The position numbers were made by a program, and so were the translations under genes. 64,000 bases of DNA from a virus (Duplodnaviria; Caudoviricetes), in the IMG/VR virus record IMGVR_UViG_3300022906_000002, positions 1 through 64,000 of that record. One strand, given 5' to 3'. The notes under the pieces were generated by a model. That model did not search any database. It had not been told where the DNA came from and saw only the letters and a program-made list of their open reading frames with translations. The stretch's first letter is position 1. Every line of letters starts with the position of its first letter. This document shows, one piece after another, positions 9,569 through 18,683 of this stretch.

Positions 9569-10026
9569 AAATCGCCGTGGCCGGAGCCCGCGACGGAATC
9601 GTCACCGCCGAGCAGGCCAAGATCTTCGGCCGAATCTGGCGGCACCTTGGCGGCTCCATCTTGCTCCACGGCTGCTGCCCGGCGCGCGGCACACTGAAGA
9701 CCGACGGCGTACCGGAGCGAATACGCGGAGTAGACGCATGGGCTCACGAACGGGCGACGGCGCGCGGTATCCCGGTCGAGACGTTCCCGGCGCTTCAGAT
9801 CGCGATCGGCTGGCCACGGTGCGGCCCGGAGCGAGTCCGCCGAATGGTGAAGGCCTGCGATGTGGCCGTAGCCTTCCCGGGCGGCAAGGGGACGGAAAAC
9901 TTCCGAGACTTCGCGATCGAATTCGGAAAACTGCTCTACGACATACCGTTGGAGTCGGCCGAAGAACATAGAATCATCGCAACGCCGCGAGCATTGACGC
10001 CCGCGGAACTGGAGGGGATGCCATGA
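9565..10026 (+). CDS. SLOG-family protein (DUF2493/YspA-like)
   Basis: KIAVAGARD, LLHG, GVDAWA, GPER..RM, VAFPGGKGT. Confidence 0.8.
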   Translation: MKIAVAGARDGIVTAEQAKIFGRIWRHLGGSILLHGCCPARGTLKTDGVPERIRGVDAWAHERATARGIPVETFPALQIAIGWPRCGPERVRRMVKACDVAVAFPGGKGTENFRDFAIEFGKLLYDIPLESAEEHRIIATPRALTPAELEGMP

Positions 10027-10259
10027 ACGAACGGGAAGCGGGAAGCTCGATTGATCCTTGGGACGATTCGCGGGTGAACTTGGGGCAGTGGCCGCGAATG
10101 GCCGCCCCGACATCGATCGACCCGGACGGAAGACCGAATGCCGACGGCGGAAGCGCAATCCACCCGATTGGCGATCCGGCCGCAGACGGGGCGACCGGGA
10201 TTGATCCGGTAGGGCTCGACGGGAGCTCGATCATCGATCCCGTCGGCGGAGTCGCGTAG
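10023..10259 (+). CDS. 78-aa peptide with five I-D-P-x-G-type repeats
   Basis: SSIDPWD, TSIDPDG, SAIHPIG, TGIDPVG, SIIDPVG; GGAGG RBS and ATGA overlap. Confidence 0.6.
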   Translation: MNEREAGSSIDPWDDSRVNLGQWPRMAAPTSIDPDGRPNADGGSAIHPIGDPAADGATGIDPVGLDGSSIIDPVGGVA

Positions 10260-10745
10260 ATGTGCGGACCGTGCCTCGCCCGTACCAACCATTACGGAGA
10301 CCCCGCCGAACTCGCCAAGGCCATCGCCCGCTTCAAGGCGCAAGGATTCCGCGCCGTCAAAACCCGCACCCCGAATCCAGGTGAGTACCTGGTTGGCGAG
10401 AAGCTCGGGACTTGGGGCGAGTCGATCGGCACTATCCAGTGGCGGGCCAAGGGTGCGCCGCTGCCATTCCGGCAGGGACCGGACGCCCGTCCGGCGACCG
10501 CGCCGCGTCCGGGATCTACTGCGGATGACCGGGAGCGAGCGATTCTCGGTGCGCTCGGCACTGGATCGAAGACTCGCGGCGACCTCCTCTTCGAACTCCG
10601 AAAGATCGGAGGCGAGAAGGCGATCGAGGAAGCGATTCAAGCGCTCATCGCGCGCGGCGAGATCTTCGCCAGGGTCGAGAGGCATCGGCGGCATCGCTTC
10701 TTCCGGGCAGATCGGGCGGCGGATGCCCTGACGGTCGCCGCATAG
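10260..10745 (+). CDS. hypothetical protein with a C-terminal winged-helix-like region
   Basis: ILGALGTGSKTRGDL...IEEAIQALIARGEI. Confidence 0.5.
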   Translation: MCGPCLARTNHYGDPAELAKAIARFKAQGFRAVKTRTPNPGEYLVGEKLGTWGESIGTIQWRAKGAPLPFRQGPDARPATAPRPGSTADDRERAILGALGTGSKTRGDLLFELRKIGGEKAIEEAIQALIARGEIFARVERHRRHRFFRADRAADALTVAA

Positions 10746-10792
10746 CACAAGCCTGGGTTGCGGCCGAGATCGTTCAGGGCTAGACTATCCCC

Positions 10793-11413
10793 GTGCCGCA
10801 ACCCCTTCGCCCTCACCCGCCCGAGGCTTCGCGCCAGGTTCTGCCTGCGCCGGAGCTTGCGCTCTGGGCTCACGAGACGTTCATCGAACTCGGCGCGCCG
10901 CTCCACAACCCGGACCATTTTCACTTGGCGGGCGCCGGCATTCTGTGGCTTTGGGCGTACGGCGAGAACAAGCGCAACGGTCGAGTCGTCCTCGGCGACT
11001 GCTCGATCCCTCAAGCGCCGACTACCGGCGGGGTATGGGGTCGCGCTCTCTACTGGCAGACGATCGAGGAACTGTACGGGCGCGACGGCGAGAGGCCCGA
11101 TTTCGTCATCCGGATCTCGGCGCCGTACTTCAAGGAATGCGACGACATCTCGGCCTGCGCCCTGATCGAGCACGAGCTGTACCACGCGGGCCAAGCCGAT
11201 GACGAGTTCGGCGACCCGAAATTCGACCGCGAGACGGGGCTGCCGAAGTGGTCGATCCGCGGGCATAGCGTGGAAGAGCACATCGGCGTCGTCGAGCGCT
11301 ACGGCGCGGCGACACCCGATCTCGAACGCCTAAGGCTCGCCCTCAACCAACCGCCGACCGTCGGCCGAGCGTCCATCGCGAACGCTTGCGGCACCTGCAG
11401 GATTGCGGCGTAA
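10793..11413 (+). CDS. phage putative metallopeptidase
   Basis: LHNPDHFHL, ALIEHELYH (HExxH), RGHSVEEHIGVVERYG. Confidence 0.85.
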   Translation: MPQPLRPHPPEASRQVLPAPELALWAHETFIELGAPLHNPDHFHLAGAGILWLWAYGENKRNGRVVLGDCSIPQAPTTGGVWGRALYWQTIEELYGRDGERPDFVIRISAPYFKECDDISACALIEHELYHAGQADDEFGDPKFDRETGLPKWSIRGHSVEEHIGVVERYGAATPDLERLRLALNQPPTVGRASIANACGTCRIAA

Positions 11414-11432
11414 GTCCCTTTGGCTTACCTTT

Positions 11433-12038
11433 ATGGCTGATCGTAAGGTAAATGTCCCGACCCGCAGCTCCGAGGCGGTGCCCAAGCTCTCGGAAGATGC
11501 CAAGCACTACGTCGTGACCTCGCTCGCGATGTGGAGGGGGCCGACCGAGATCCTAAGGGTGCTCGCCGAGGACTACGGGACACCAATTTCGGCGCCGGGC
11601 TTGTGGCACTACGACCCGCGGAATCCGGAGTGTCCGAAACGATGGCGAGATCTGCATGCCACGACTCGCGCCGCGTTCGTTGCGAACGTATCCGAGATTG
11701 CGATCGCCAACCCGGCATGGCGCCTCAAGGAGCGGGAGCGGTTGTATCGGCACGTAGCGGAGAAGGCGAACCCGAATGTGCCGCTGGCTACCGAGATCCT
11801 TGACCAGGCGGCGCGAGACGCGGGCGGGGCGTTCGGAAACCGGCTGCGCGTCGAAGAGTCCGGCCCAAACGGCGGCCCGATCGAGCACTCGGTGACCGGG
11901 CAGATCGATCACGTTGCCTCATGCGTATTCGGCTTGGCGGCGGTCGAGTCGGACGCCCTGGACGCGATCATTGCTCAGGCGCTGGGCGATGCGACGGCGC
12001 CAGCCAAGGCGGCAGCGGCGAATAAGCCGAAGCGTTAG
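11433..12038 (+). CDS. DUF2280-type protein, probable terminase small subunit
   Basis: KHYVVTSLA..PTE, YDP, TRAAF..IAIAN..WRL, ILDQAARDAGG.FGN, SGPNGGPIE. Confidence 0.75.
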   Translation: MADRKVNVPTRSSEAVPKLSEDAKHYVVTSLAMWRGPTEILRVLAEDYGTPISAPGLWHYDPRNPECPKRWRDLHATTRAAFVANVSEIAIANPAWRLKERERLYRHVAEKANPNVPLATEILDQAARDAGGAFGNRLRVEESGPNGGPIEHSVTGQIDHVASCVFGLAAVESDALDAIIAQALGDATAPAKAAAANKPKR

Positions 12039-12044
12039 CCTTAA

Positions 12045-12430
12045 GCCTCCCGCAGTAGCAGGCGACCTCGGCCGTCGGGTCTCGCCACAATCCCTTCCGT
12101 AGGTTTCCCTTCGGCTCCGTCCGTGGCGGAGCGTCCGATAACGCGCCGCCCTGCTCGCGGTTCGGACTGCGCCGCGCTGGCTGGGATGCGTGAAGATCCC
12201 GGGATTAGCCAGGTCGCACCCTCTCCGAAGTCGAGCCCCGCTTTCGATCGATCCCGCAGCTAGCCCATGATCGGCACGGCGCGCGCGGGATGCCCTAAAA
12301 CGTCTAGGGTCCGGTCGGCGCCTTCGGTGCTGTCGTGCCGTCCCCGAGCTGCCGGTCGTTGCCGGCGACTAAGGCGCACGTCCCGGATGATTCGCGGCGC
12401 AGTGGTAGCGCGCTCGCGGGTCCGGGGCTT
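12045..12430. ncRNA. candidate structured non-coding RNA
   Basis: Gap without a convincing ORF, tiled by about 10 stems (see findings). Confidence 0.35.
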
Positions 12431-12605
12431 GCCTCGCGGGTGAATGGCACGGCAGGAGGATAGCGCGAGCGCTCCGGGGCCTGTCAATGCGTGGGTAGAA
12501 AGGTAACAGGCGCGGCAATTCGCCCCAGGGCATCTTGGGTGGTTCCAATGCTAGCTTGGACGATCTATATTTAGTCCAGAAGAGCAAACCAAGGAGAACG
12601 CGCCG

Positions 12606-12926
12606 GTGACCACGCACCTGATCAGCTCGCAGCGCTACATCGACGACGCGATCGTCGCATCGAAGCTCGCCGCTGGAATCTTCGAGGTTCGCGTTTCGCC
12701 AGAGTTCGAGGTGGACGGCGAGCTATTCGCGGTCATCCTCGACGGTCACCACGCCTTCGCCGCCGCGCGCGCGGCCGGAGTCGAGCCGAGCATCATAGAG
12801 ATGCGCAGGGACGAGCACGACGCGATTGCCTTGCTTGACCGCGGCGCGATTGAGGACTTTCTCGAAGTCACGCACTTCGGCGATGACTACTATTTCGCCG
12901 CGACCGGCCGGAACGTTTGGCAGTAG
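12606..12926 (+). CDS. ParB/Srx-like small protein
   Basis: VILDGHHAFAAA; AAGGAG RBS. Confidence 0.6.
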   Translation: MTTHLISSQRYIDDAIVASKLAAGIFEVRVSPEFEVDGELFAVILDGHHAFAAARAAGVEPSIIEMRRDEHDAIALLDRGAIEDFLEVTHFGDDYYFAATGRNVWQ

Positions 12927-12974
12927 CGCATCTAAACCGGGCATATTGGTAGGTGCGAATCACCGGGACACCCC

Positions 12975-13003
12975 TTGACGCGCGCTCATGGCCGATCTAT
13001 TAT
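12975..13003 (+). promoter_or_regulatory. sigma70-type early promoter
   Basis: TTGACG-17-TATTAT. Confidence 0.75.
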
Positions 13004-13049
13004 TAGTCAGTCGGGAGCAATCAAACCCGAGACCAACCGGAGAGAGCCA

Positions 13050-13232
13050 ATGACCACTACCGCCACCGCGACCTACCCGATGTTCCGAAAGACCAGCAAC
13101 GGCGACGCTACCCGCGGACCGCTCTTCCAGTTCGCCACCGGGGAATCGGTTTTCCATCCCGGCCGGCCGAACTGGACGCTTCGCTCCTTTACCCTGGAGT
13201 ACGCCAAGGAGTTGGCGCGAAACGGAAAGTAA
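13050..13232 (+). CDS. hypothetical protein
   Basis: GGAGA RBS; first gene after the promoter. Confidence 0.6.
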   Translation: MTTTATATYPMFRKTSNGDATRGPLFQFATGESVFHPGRPNWTLRSFTLEYAKELARNGK

Positions 13233-13302
13233 AACTCGGCGGCTCACGCCAGCCCGGCGCGCCGGGCCTTCGTGAACCGCTGGGCCTAACAGGGAGGGAG
13301 CC

Positions 13303-13473
13303 ATGACAACACCGAAGCTTGCGCGCCTGAAAGAGTGGATGACGGATTACGAACAGGACGCCCTAAGAGAAGCGGCTGATTGCCTGCTGGAGCGAAGCGC
13401 GGACGATTTTCAGCTCGCGGTAGAAGCGCTGATCGCCGCCCAGGTTCGACGCGGCCGACGGGCGGGCGCATGA
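13303..13473 (+). CDS. hypothetical protein (56 aa)
   Basis: Translated by hand: MTTPKLARLKEWMTDYEQ...; GGAGGGAG RBS. Confidence 0.55.
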   Translation: MTTPKLARLKEWMTDYEQDALREAADCLLERSADDFQLAVEALIAAQVRRGRRAGA

Positions 13474-13709
13474 ACCTCAATCCGCAGAACCATCCGTTTC
13501 AACCCGAGGGCGGATTTAGCCGCCACAACCGAACCGCGGGCGGCATGTCGAGCGTAGATGTGCGCCCGGATAATCCATGCGAGCACTGCGAGCGCGATAG
13601 ATCGGAGCATCGAACGGAGTTGGTCGAAGTCGAGATCAAGGCCTCGGCGCCCACTCCGAATGATCACGGCGGCCGCGCAATGATCGTCGCCAATCGGAGT
13701 TTGTCGTGA
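13470..13709 (+). CDS. hypothetical protein
   Basis: Coupled ORF; HPF...CEHC...H. Confidence 0.5.
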   Translation: MNLNPQNHPFQPEGGFSRHNRTAGGMSSVDVRPDNPCEHCERDRSEHRTELVEVEIKASAPTPNDHGGRAMIVANRSLS

Positions 13710-14182
13710 GCGGGTTCGCCGCAATCGGCCTTTTCCACCCCAAGAACGGCGTCAACGTCGGCGCCGTTCTCCGCGCGGCTGGCGTCTTCGATGTTGCCAT
13801 GGTCGCCGTCACCGGCAACCGGTTCAAGGCGTACCCGACCGACACCGAATGCGTCCGACGGCGCATGCCCCTGCTGTTCGTGGACGATCTGCGTTCCGTC
13901 ATTCCGCACGACTGCGTTCCGATCGCGATCGAGCTGATACCTGGAGCCAAGCCTCTGCCGACATTTCCACATCCGCCGCGAGCGTTCTACGTCTTCGGGC
14001 CGGAGGACGGCTCGCTTGGACAGGGCGTGACGTCGTGGTGCCGCGACGTGTTGTACATCCCGGCCGGCTGCCTGAATCTCGCCGCCGCGGTCAACGTGGT
14101 GCTCTACGATCGAATGGTTAAGCGGGGGGAATGGATGCGAGACCAGCGGAGCGAGCGCGGGCGAGACGAGGTGGTCGCGTGA
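13706..14182 (+). CDS. SPOUT (SpoU/TrmH/TrmL-like) RNA methyltransferase
   Basis: PKNGVNVGAVLRAA, YVFGPEDGSL, YIP...LNLAAAVNVVLYDR. Confidence 0.9.
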   Translation: MSGFAAIGLFHPKNGVNVGAVLRAAGVFDVAMVAVTGNRFKAYPTDTECVRRRMPLLFVDDLRSVIPHDCVPIAIELIPGAKPLPTFPHPPRAFYVFGPEDGSLGQGVTSWCRDVLYIPAGCLNLAAAVNVVLYDRMVKRGEWMRDQRSERGRDEVVA

Positions 14183-14589
14183 GCGCGGGCCGGTGCTTCG
14201 CCTGCGACCGCCCGCTAGGCCGAGACCCGCGGCGCGCCGACACCCGAGACGGCCAACGCGTCTACGTCGGGCGGGATTGCCTGCGCAAGATCGTGGCGGC
14301 CGGAGAGGAAGGCTATCAGCCCCCGGCCGGTGGGCCGCTCTTGTACCTGCTCTCGGCCGAGGATGCGCGGGCCGAGCAGGTCGAGCGGATGGCCCGGTCT
14401 CGCGCCGCTCGATTCGGCAAGTCGGCCATCGCCGAGATGACGGTGACCGAGTTGGAGCTGCGCGCGAGCATGGCGACCACTTTGACCGCGAAGGCCCGAT
14501 GGCTGCGTAAGATCGCGGCCCGCGGCCTCGCCTTGAGCCCGGCGCAGGCGGAGATCCTGGCGCGGGAGCATGCGCGGAAGATTCCCTGA
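14179..14589 (+). CDS. Zn-finger plus basic domain protein (paralog of 16746-17189)
   Basis: CFAC...VGRDC; shares the KS.IA.M.VTE.ELRAS...RWLR.IAARG domain. Confidence 0.65.
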   Translation: MSAGRCFACDRPLGRDPRRADTRDGQRVYVGRDCLRKIVAAGEEGYQPPAGGPLLYLLSAEDARAEQVERMARSRAARFGKSAIAEMTVTELELRASMATTLTAKARWLRKIAARGLALSPAQAEILAREHARKIP

Positions 14590-14609
14590 AATTTCCTCGA
14601 AATAAACTC

Positions 14610-14638
14610 TTGACTTGGGCGTATGCCGTTGGTATAGT
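14610..14638 (+). promoter_or_regulatory. sigma70-type early promoter
   Basis: TTGACT-17-TATAGT with an AT-rich upstream element. Confidence 0.8.
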
Positions 14639-14688
14639 CTGTTTATCGAAGGGCAAGCAAGCCCCGAAGCGAACGAAAGGAAAAAGCC

Positions 14689-15348
14689 ATGTATCAGACC
14701 ACCGCGCAGAAGGCCGCAACGATTCGCCAGACGATCAAGGAAGAGCTTGGATTCAATTCGCGTCAGGTGTCCGTGCGTTGCAGTGCGGGTGGCGGCTCGA
14801 TCCGCGTCGAGATCAACGTCGCCGTCGGCGACAAGTTCCGCCAGATCGAGCGGATCGCCGAGGCGCAAGAGAGCGTCAGGTATTGCGAGGCGTCCGGCGA
14901 GATCTTGAGTGGCGGCAATACCTTCGTGACGGTGGGCTTCAATTGCGAACTGGTCAAGGCGACGGCGCCCCAGTTTTACGATTGGCTCGACTCCCTCACG
15001 ATCGAGCACGAAGACCGGATGCACCCTTCGGATCTCTATAGCAACGACGGCGGGGTGGTCTCGCGCATCATGGTAAGCCGCACGGCGGCCGGATTCTCGC
15101 ATCGGATGTGGGGCGGCTGCCGCTACGACCGCGACGAATTTGCCAGGATCATGGCGCGCTACTTCCTGCGCGGCGTACGGCCAGAAGAGGAGCAAGCCGA
15201 AATTGCCCCGGCCGTCGAAGTGGTCGCTTCGCCCGCCATCTTCGAGGCACCCGGCGAGCCCTTCGAGCTGACGGCCCTTGCAATCCGCGCCGCGCTAGCC
15301 GTCGGGTGGTCCGGCATGTCGTCCGGCGTTGCCGAAAGATTCCACTGA
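14689..15348 (+). CDS. hypothetical early protein
   Basis: AAGGA RBS; QVSVR..SIRVEI, GEILSGGNTFV. Confidence 0.65.
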   Translation: MYQTTAQKAATIRQTIKEELGFNSRQVSVRCSAGGGSIRVEINVAVGDKFRQIERIAEAQESVRYCEASGEILSGGNTFVTVGFNCELVKATAPQFYDWLDSLTIEHEDRMHPSDLYSNDGGVVSRIMVSRTAAGFSHRMWGGCRYDRDEFARIMARYFLRGVRPEEEQAEIAPAVEVVASPAIFEAPGEPFELTALAIRAALAVGWSGMSSGVAERFH

Positions 15349-15366
15349 GATTGTCGAAGGTTGTTG

Positions 15367-15395
15367 TTGACATTCGGCGTAGTGCTTGATATCGC
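15367..15395 (+). promoter_or_regulatory. sigma70-type promoter (weak -10)
   Basis: TTGACA-17-TATCGC. Confidence 0.5.
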
Positions 15396-15435
15396 CGGTT
15401 GAGTCAAGACGAACGGCAACCCGGGAGATTACAAA

Positions 15436-16038
15436 ATGACCATCGCGACCAAGAACACCTACAACCGCCGCCCGCTCATGCTGGGCCGCGCGACCGACGA
15501 AGAGCGCGCACAGGCCGACCGTATCGCCGCAGAGAAGGTCGCCGCGTACCAGGCGAACCCGACCGCCGAAGCGTGGGCGGCCCTGGCTCCTGATCCTGCG
15601 GTGTGGCGTCCGTTCTGCGATGCGGGTCGGATCGCGACGCCCGCCAGCGACCAGGTTGCCGCCGACGGATATCTGGACGGGCTCGAAGGGCACGACCGGC
15701 TGGCAGAGATCGTGGACGGCGCGGATCGGATCGTCTACGGGGCGGCGATGGAGTCGGGGCGGCTCGACCGGGTGACGACCGTGGCGGGGAATCTCGACGA
15801 GGGCGAATCGTTACACGGGCGAATTGGAAGCGAGTACGTCTACAGGCTCACGCCGACCGGTGCAAATTCGGCCAAGTATGGGCCGTGCGAGGTGTGCGGA
15901 AAGCCGGCCACCGAAGTGGTTCATCAGGTGGAGGCGCGATACTTCAGGGATTCAGAAACAGGCGAGATTCGACAGACCGGCGCCGGGTGCAGCGACATGT
16001 TCGGGCACCGGGAGTGCCTGGAGTCTCGCCGCCGATAG
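15436..16038 (+). CDS. hypothetical protein with a C-terminal Zn-binding motif
   Basis: GGAGA RBS; CEVC...FGHREC. Confidence 0.65.
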   Translation: MTIATKNTYNRRPLMLGRATDEERAQADRIAAEKVAAYQANPTAEAWAALAPDPAVWRPFCDAGRIATPASDQVAADGYLDGLEGHDRLAEIVDGADRIVYGAAMESGRLDRVTTVAGNLDEGESLHGRIGSEYVYRLTPTGANSAKYGPCEVCGKPATEVVHQVEARYFRDSETGEIRQTGAGCSDMFGHRECLESRRR

Positions 16039-16116
16039 CTCTCGGGCGCCCCACGCCCGCCCCGGTTCGCCCGGGGGCATCCGTGAGGCTCCGGAGGGAG
16101 CGAGGAGGGCGAGAGC

Positions 16117-16398
16117 ATGAGCAATGCAGCGACGGAACTGATCGAGCGGGCGGAACGAGAGTGCGGCGGACGATTCGACGACGAAGAGCGCTGGGCGAAC
16201 GTGATGAGTCTGATCTTCGGCGCGCTCGCAAGAGAGACCGGACGAAGCACCCACCGGAAGGAGGATGACTTCGTGGCCGGCGCCATCATTCGGCACCAGA
16301 ACAGCCCGGCTGGTCAGCGGCAGCGTGCGAGCGATGAAGCGCTTGGCCGACTCCTCATGATGGGCGTAGATCCGGCCGATCTGTATGGCAAGGAGTAA
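16117..16398 (+). CDS. hypothetical protein
   Basis: GGAGG RBS. Confidence 0.55.
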   Translation: MSNAATELIERAERECGGRFDDEERWANVMSLIFGALARETGRSTHRKEDDFVAGAIIRHQNSPAGQRQRASDEALGRLLMMGVDPADLYGKE

Positions 16399-16401
16399 GA
16401 G

Positions 16402-16749
16402 ATGAAAGAAAGAACTGTTATCGCGGCCCTTGCGGCGGTCGGAAGACTGGACGGTGAAGAGGCGTGGCTTCTTGGTCGAAGCGCCAGGCGGGCCGGCATT
16501 GGCTCCTTCGAGCAAATGATGCAGGCGGTCGCCCGAGGGTACCGAGCCGAAAAGGATCGTGAGGTGAGCGAGGCCGATCGGCAGGAGTCGGCGTCCAATC
16601 TGGCGACGATCCCTCGTGAGAATCTGCGCTTTCCGCTGTCCGGCATGTCAAGCGGAGAGTTGGAGAGGCTCGATCAGTCGATCGGGCGGATTCTCGGCGA
16701 CAACCTCGATCGACAAGAATCGCGAGCGCGCGAGCAGGAGCACCAATGA
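16402..16749 (+). CDS. hypothetical protein
   Basis: AAGGAG RBS. Confidence 0.55.
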   Translation: MKERTVIAALAAVGRLDGEEAWLLGRSARRAGIGSFEQMMQAVARGYRAEKDREVSEADRQESASNLATIPRENLRFPLSGMSSGELERLDQSIGRILGDNLDRQESRAREQEHQ

Positions 16750-17189
16750 CCCGACCCGATACCCCGGCGCGAGCCAAGGCCGAGAAGCCGTCACCGCAGC
16801 GCGCAGAAGACCCGATGCCGCACTCTGAGCGCGGGGCCATCGGCGGGCGCATGCGAACACCGGCCAAGGCCAAGGCGAGCGCCGAGAACCTGGCGAAAGG
16901 GCGGGCGTCTCGATTCACGAAATCCGAGATTGCGGCCATGTCGGTAACCGAGATGGAGCTAAGGGCGAGCACCGCCAAGTACCGAGTCACCGCGGCCCGA
17001 TGGCTCCGGCGGATCGCGGCGAGAGGGATTACATTGACGCCGCGGCAAGCCGAGATCGTGGCCGCCGAGGATGCCAAGATCGCCCGCCCGTGGTCGGCGT
17101 GGAAGGGCTCGGCGCGGCAGATCGAGAGTGCGCGGGCGAACGTGGCGAAGGCTACCGCGGCGCGAAAGATTGTCAAGAAAAAGACTTGA
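16746..17189 (+). CDS. basic putative DNA-binding protein
   Basis: Central domain shared with 14179-14589 and tail shared with 20783-21466. Confidence 0.65.
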   Translation: MTRPDTPARAKAEKPSPQRAEDPMPHSERGAIGGRMRTPAKAKASAENLAKGRASRFTKSEIAAMSVTEMELRASTAKYRVTAARWLRRIAARGITLTPRQAEIVAAEDAKIARPWSAWKGSARQIESARANVAKATAARKIVKKKT

Positions 17190-17214
17190 CGTAAGCCTGG
17201 CCTTATCTTATAGT
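17186..17214 (+). promoter_or_regulatory. sigma70-type early promoter
   Basis: TTGACG-17-TATAGT. Confidence 0.8.
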
Positions 17215-17244
17215 CATCCGCAGAGAGAACGAGGAGACAATGCC

Positions 17245-17886
17245 ATGACCACTGCCGACCGCACTGAACCGCACACCAGCCCGTGGATTGTCGGCTTACT
17301 GCTCGCCGTTTCCGTGGCCGCTATCGGTGCGCAGCTATTCTTTCCGCAGTCGGCCGCGGGCGCCGTGAAGCCATGGGACCGGCCAAGCTGGGGCGCAGGC
17401 GACGGCCGGAACGATGGCCGGAACACGCGGAACGAGATCATCGCCGAGCGGTGTGTGCGCGTCGAGTGGAGGGGCGGGGCGGCGACGCGGGCCACGTGCC
17501 GCGATCAATACTCCGGAGAGATCTCGACGCGCAAGGCGACGGGCTTCCAGGTGGACCACGTGTACGCGGCCGTGGTCGCCTGGCGAGCGCGGGCTTGGCG
17601 ACAGGCGGACGGCTCGACCTGCTGGAAGGCGGCCGGTTGCCGAGAGTTTGTCGCGTTCTTCAATGATCAGAGAAATTTGCAGGTAACCACGGCGCACGAG
17701 AACATGAGCAAGGGTTCGAAGGGGCCAGGCGAGTGGTGCCCGTCGCTTCGCGGCGCTCGGATGCTGCTCGCCAAGCGGTACCGGGCGACGGCGGTGTCGT
17801 GGCGCTTACCGATCTCGGCGAAGGATGCGCGTGGCCTGGACGCCTGGAGCCGCGGCGAGTGTGTCAAGGGTCGGCCCGGAAGATAG
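17245..17886 (+). CDS. exported/membrane-anchored His-Me finger nuclease (DUF1524-like)
   Basis: Hydrophobic N-terminus; NTRNEII, DQYSG, QVDHV, FFND..NL..T...NMSKG.KGP.EW.P. Confidence 0.8.
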   Translation: MTTADRTEPHTSPWIVGLLLAVSVAAIGAQLFFPQSAAGAVKPWDRPSWGAGDGRNDGRNTRNEIIAERCVRVEWRGGAATRATCRDQYSGEISTRKATGFQVDHVYAAVVAWRARAWRQADGSTCWKAAGCREFVAFFNDQRNLQVTTAHENMSKGSKGPGEWCPSLRGARMLLAKRYRATAVSWRLPISAKDARGLDAWSRGECVKGRPGR

Positions 17887-17910
17887 GTAGAGATTGACGG
17901 CCGGGAAGTA

Positions 17911-17939
17911 TTGACAGACGAGTGCCGCGCTGCTATAGT
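17911..17939 (+). promoter_or_regulatory. sigma70-type early promoter
   Basis: TTGACA-17-TATAGT with TG at the extended -10 position. Confidence 0.85.
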
Positions 17940-17988
17940 CTTGTCAGTAGAGAACAGCCCGGCCATCAAGGACAACGGAGAGCGCGCC

Positions 17989-18195
17989 ATGAGCATCGAG
18001 AAAGTCCAAGCCCAGCACCTGAAGGTAGGCGACCGAATCCCGGGGCGCTACGGCGTTCGGGTCGTGACCCATGAACCGAGCAACGGGCTCAAGACTCCGA
18101 GCGGCAAGGTAGAACTCGGGCTCGACGGCTACAAGGCGACGTGGGGCGCGCGGACTGAGATCGCGGTCGAGCGGGCCGAGCAGGTGGCGGCATGA
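17989..18195 (+). CDS. hypothetical protein
   Basis: GGAGA RBS; AQHLKVGDRI. Confidence 0.6.
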   Translation: MSIEKVQAQHLKVGDRIPGRYGVRVVTHEPSNGLKTPSGKVELGLDGYKATWGARTEIAVERAEQVAA

Positions 18196-18683
18196 ACTCG
18201 GGCGCCGTGGACACCAATATCCAAGAAAACCTGAACCCGCCGCGATTCGACGTTAGGTCATGGCCTCAGGTTTCGGGACAAGCGCACCGTGACGGCGTCC
18301 ATGCGGCGCGGTGCGGCTTTCGTTTCAAGGTCGGATCGTTCGAAGAAGGTTATCCGGGCGAGACGGAAGCCGATCGCGACAATCGGATTGCCTACCGCGC
18401 TGGATACCAGGCTGAACTCGTCCGGATCGCGAACCGGCGGATGACTGCCGAGCAGCGGGATCTGCTGATTGCGCACGATCGCGCGGCCGGAGTCTTCTCG
18501 ACTGCAGTCGAGCTATTCGGTTGCGAGGCAAGCCAAAGCGAGGGATTTATCCGCGCCGACATGGCCCTCTTTCAGATGAGCCCATGGCAGACGCTCGGGA
18601 TCACGCTCGGCCAATACCAGGGGCCGGCGGAGCAGGCGAAGGGACGGCTTGGTGACGCGGCGCGCCGGAGGATGGCGTCATGA
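18192..18683 (+). CDS. hypothetical protein
   Basis: ATGA-coupled. Confidence 0.55.
   Translation: MNSGAVDTNIQENLNPPRFDVRSWPQVSGQAHRDGVHAARCGFRFKVGSFEEGYPGETEADRDNRIAYRAGYQAELVRIANRRMTAEQRDLLIAHDRAAGVFSTAVELFGCEASQSEGFIRADMALFQMSPWQTLGITLGQYQGPAEQAKGRLGDAARRRMAS

Noticed and set aside
12606-12926. Plasmid-prophage partition system from the ParB-like ORFs (also 62887-63732)
   Set aside because: No ParA or parS is evident, and both have only the N-terminal ParB-like motif.
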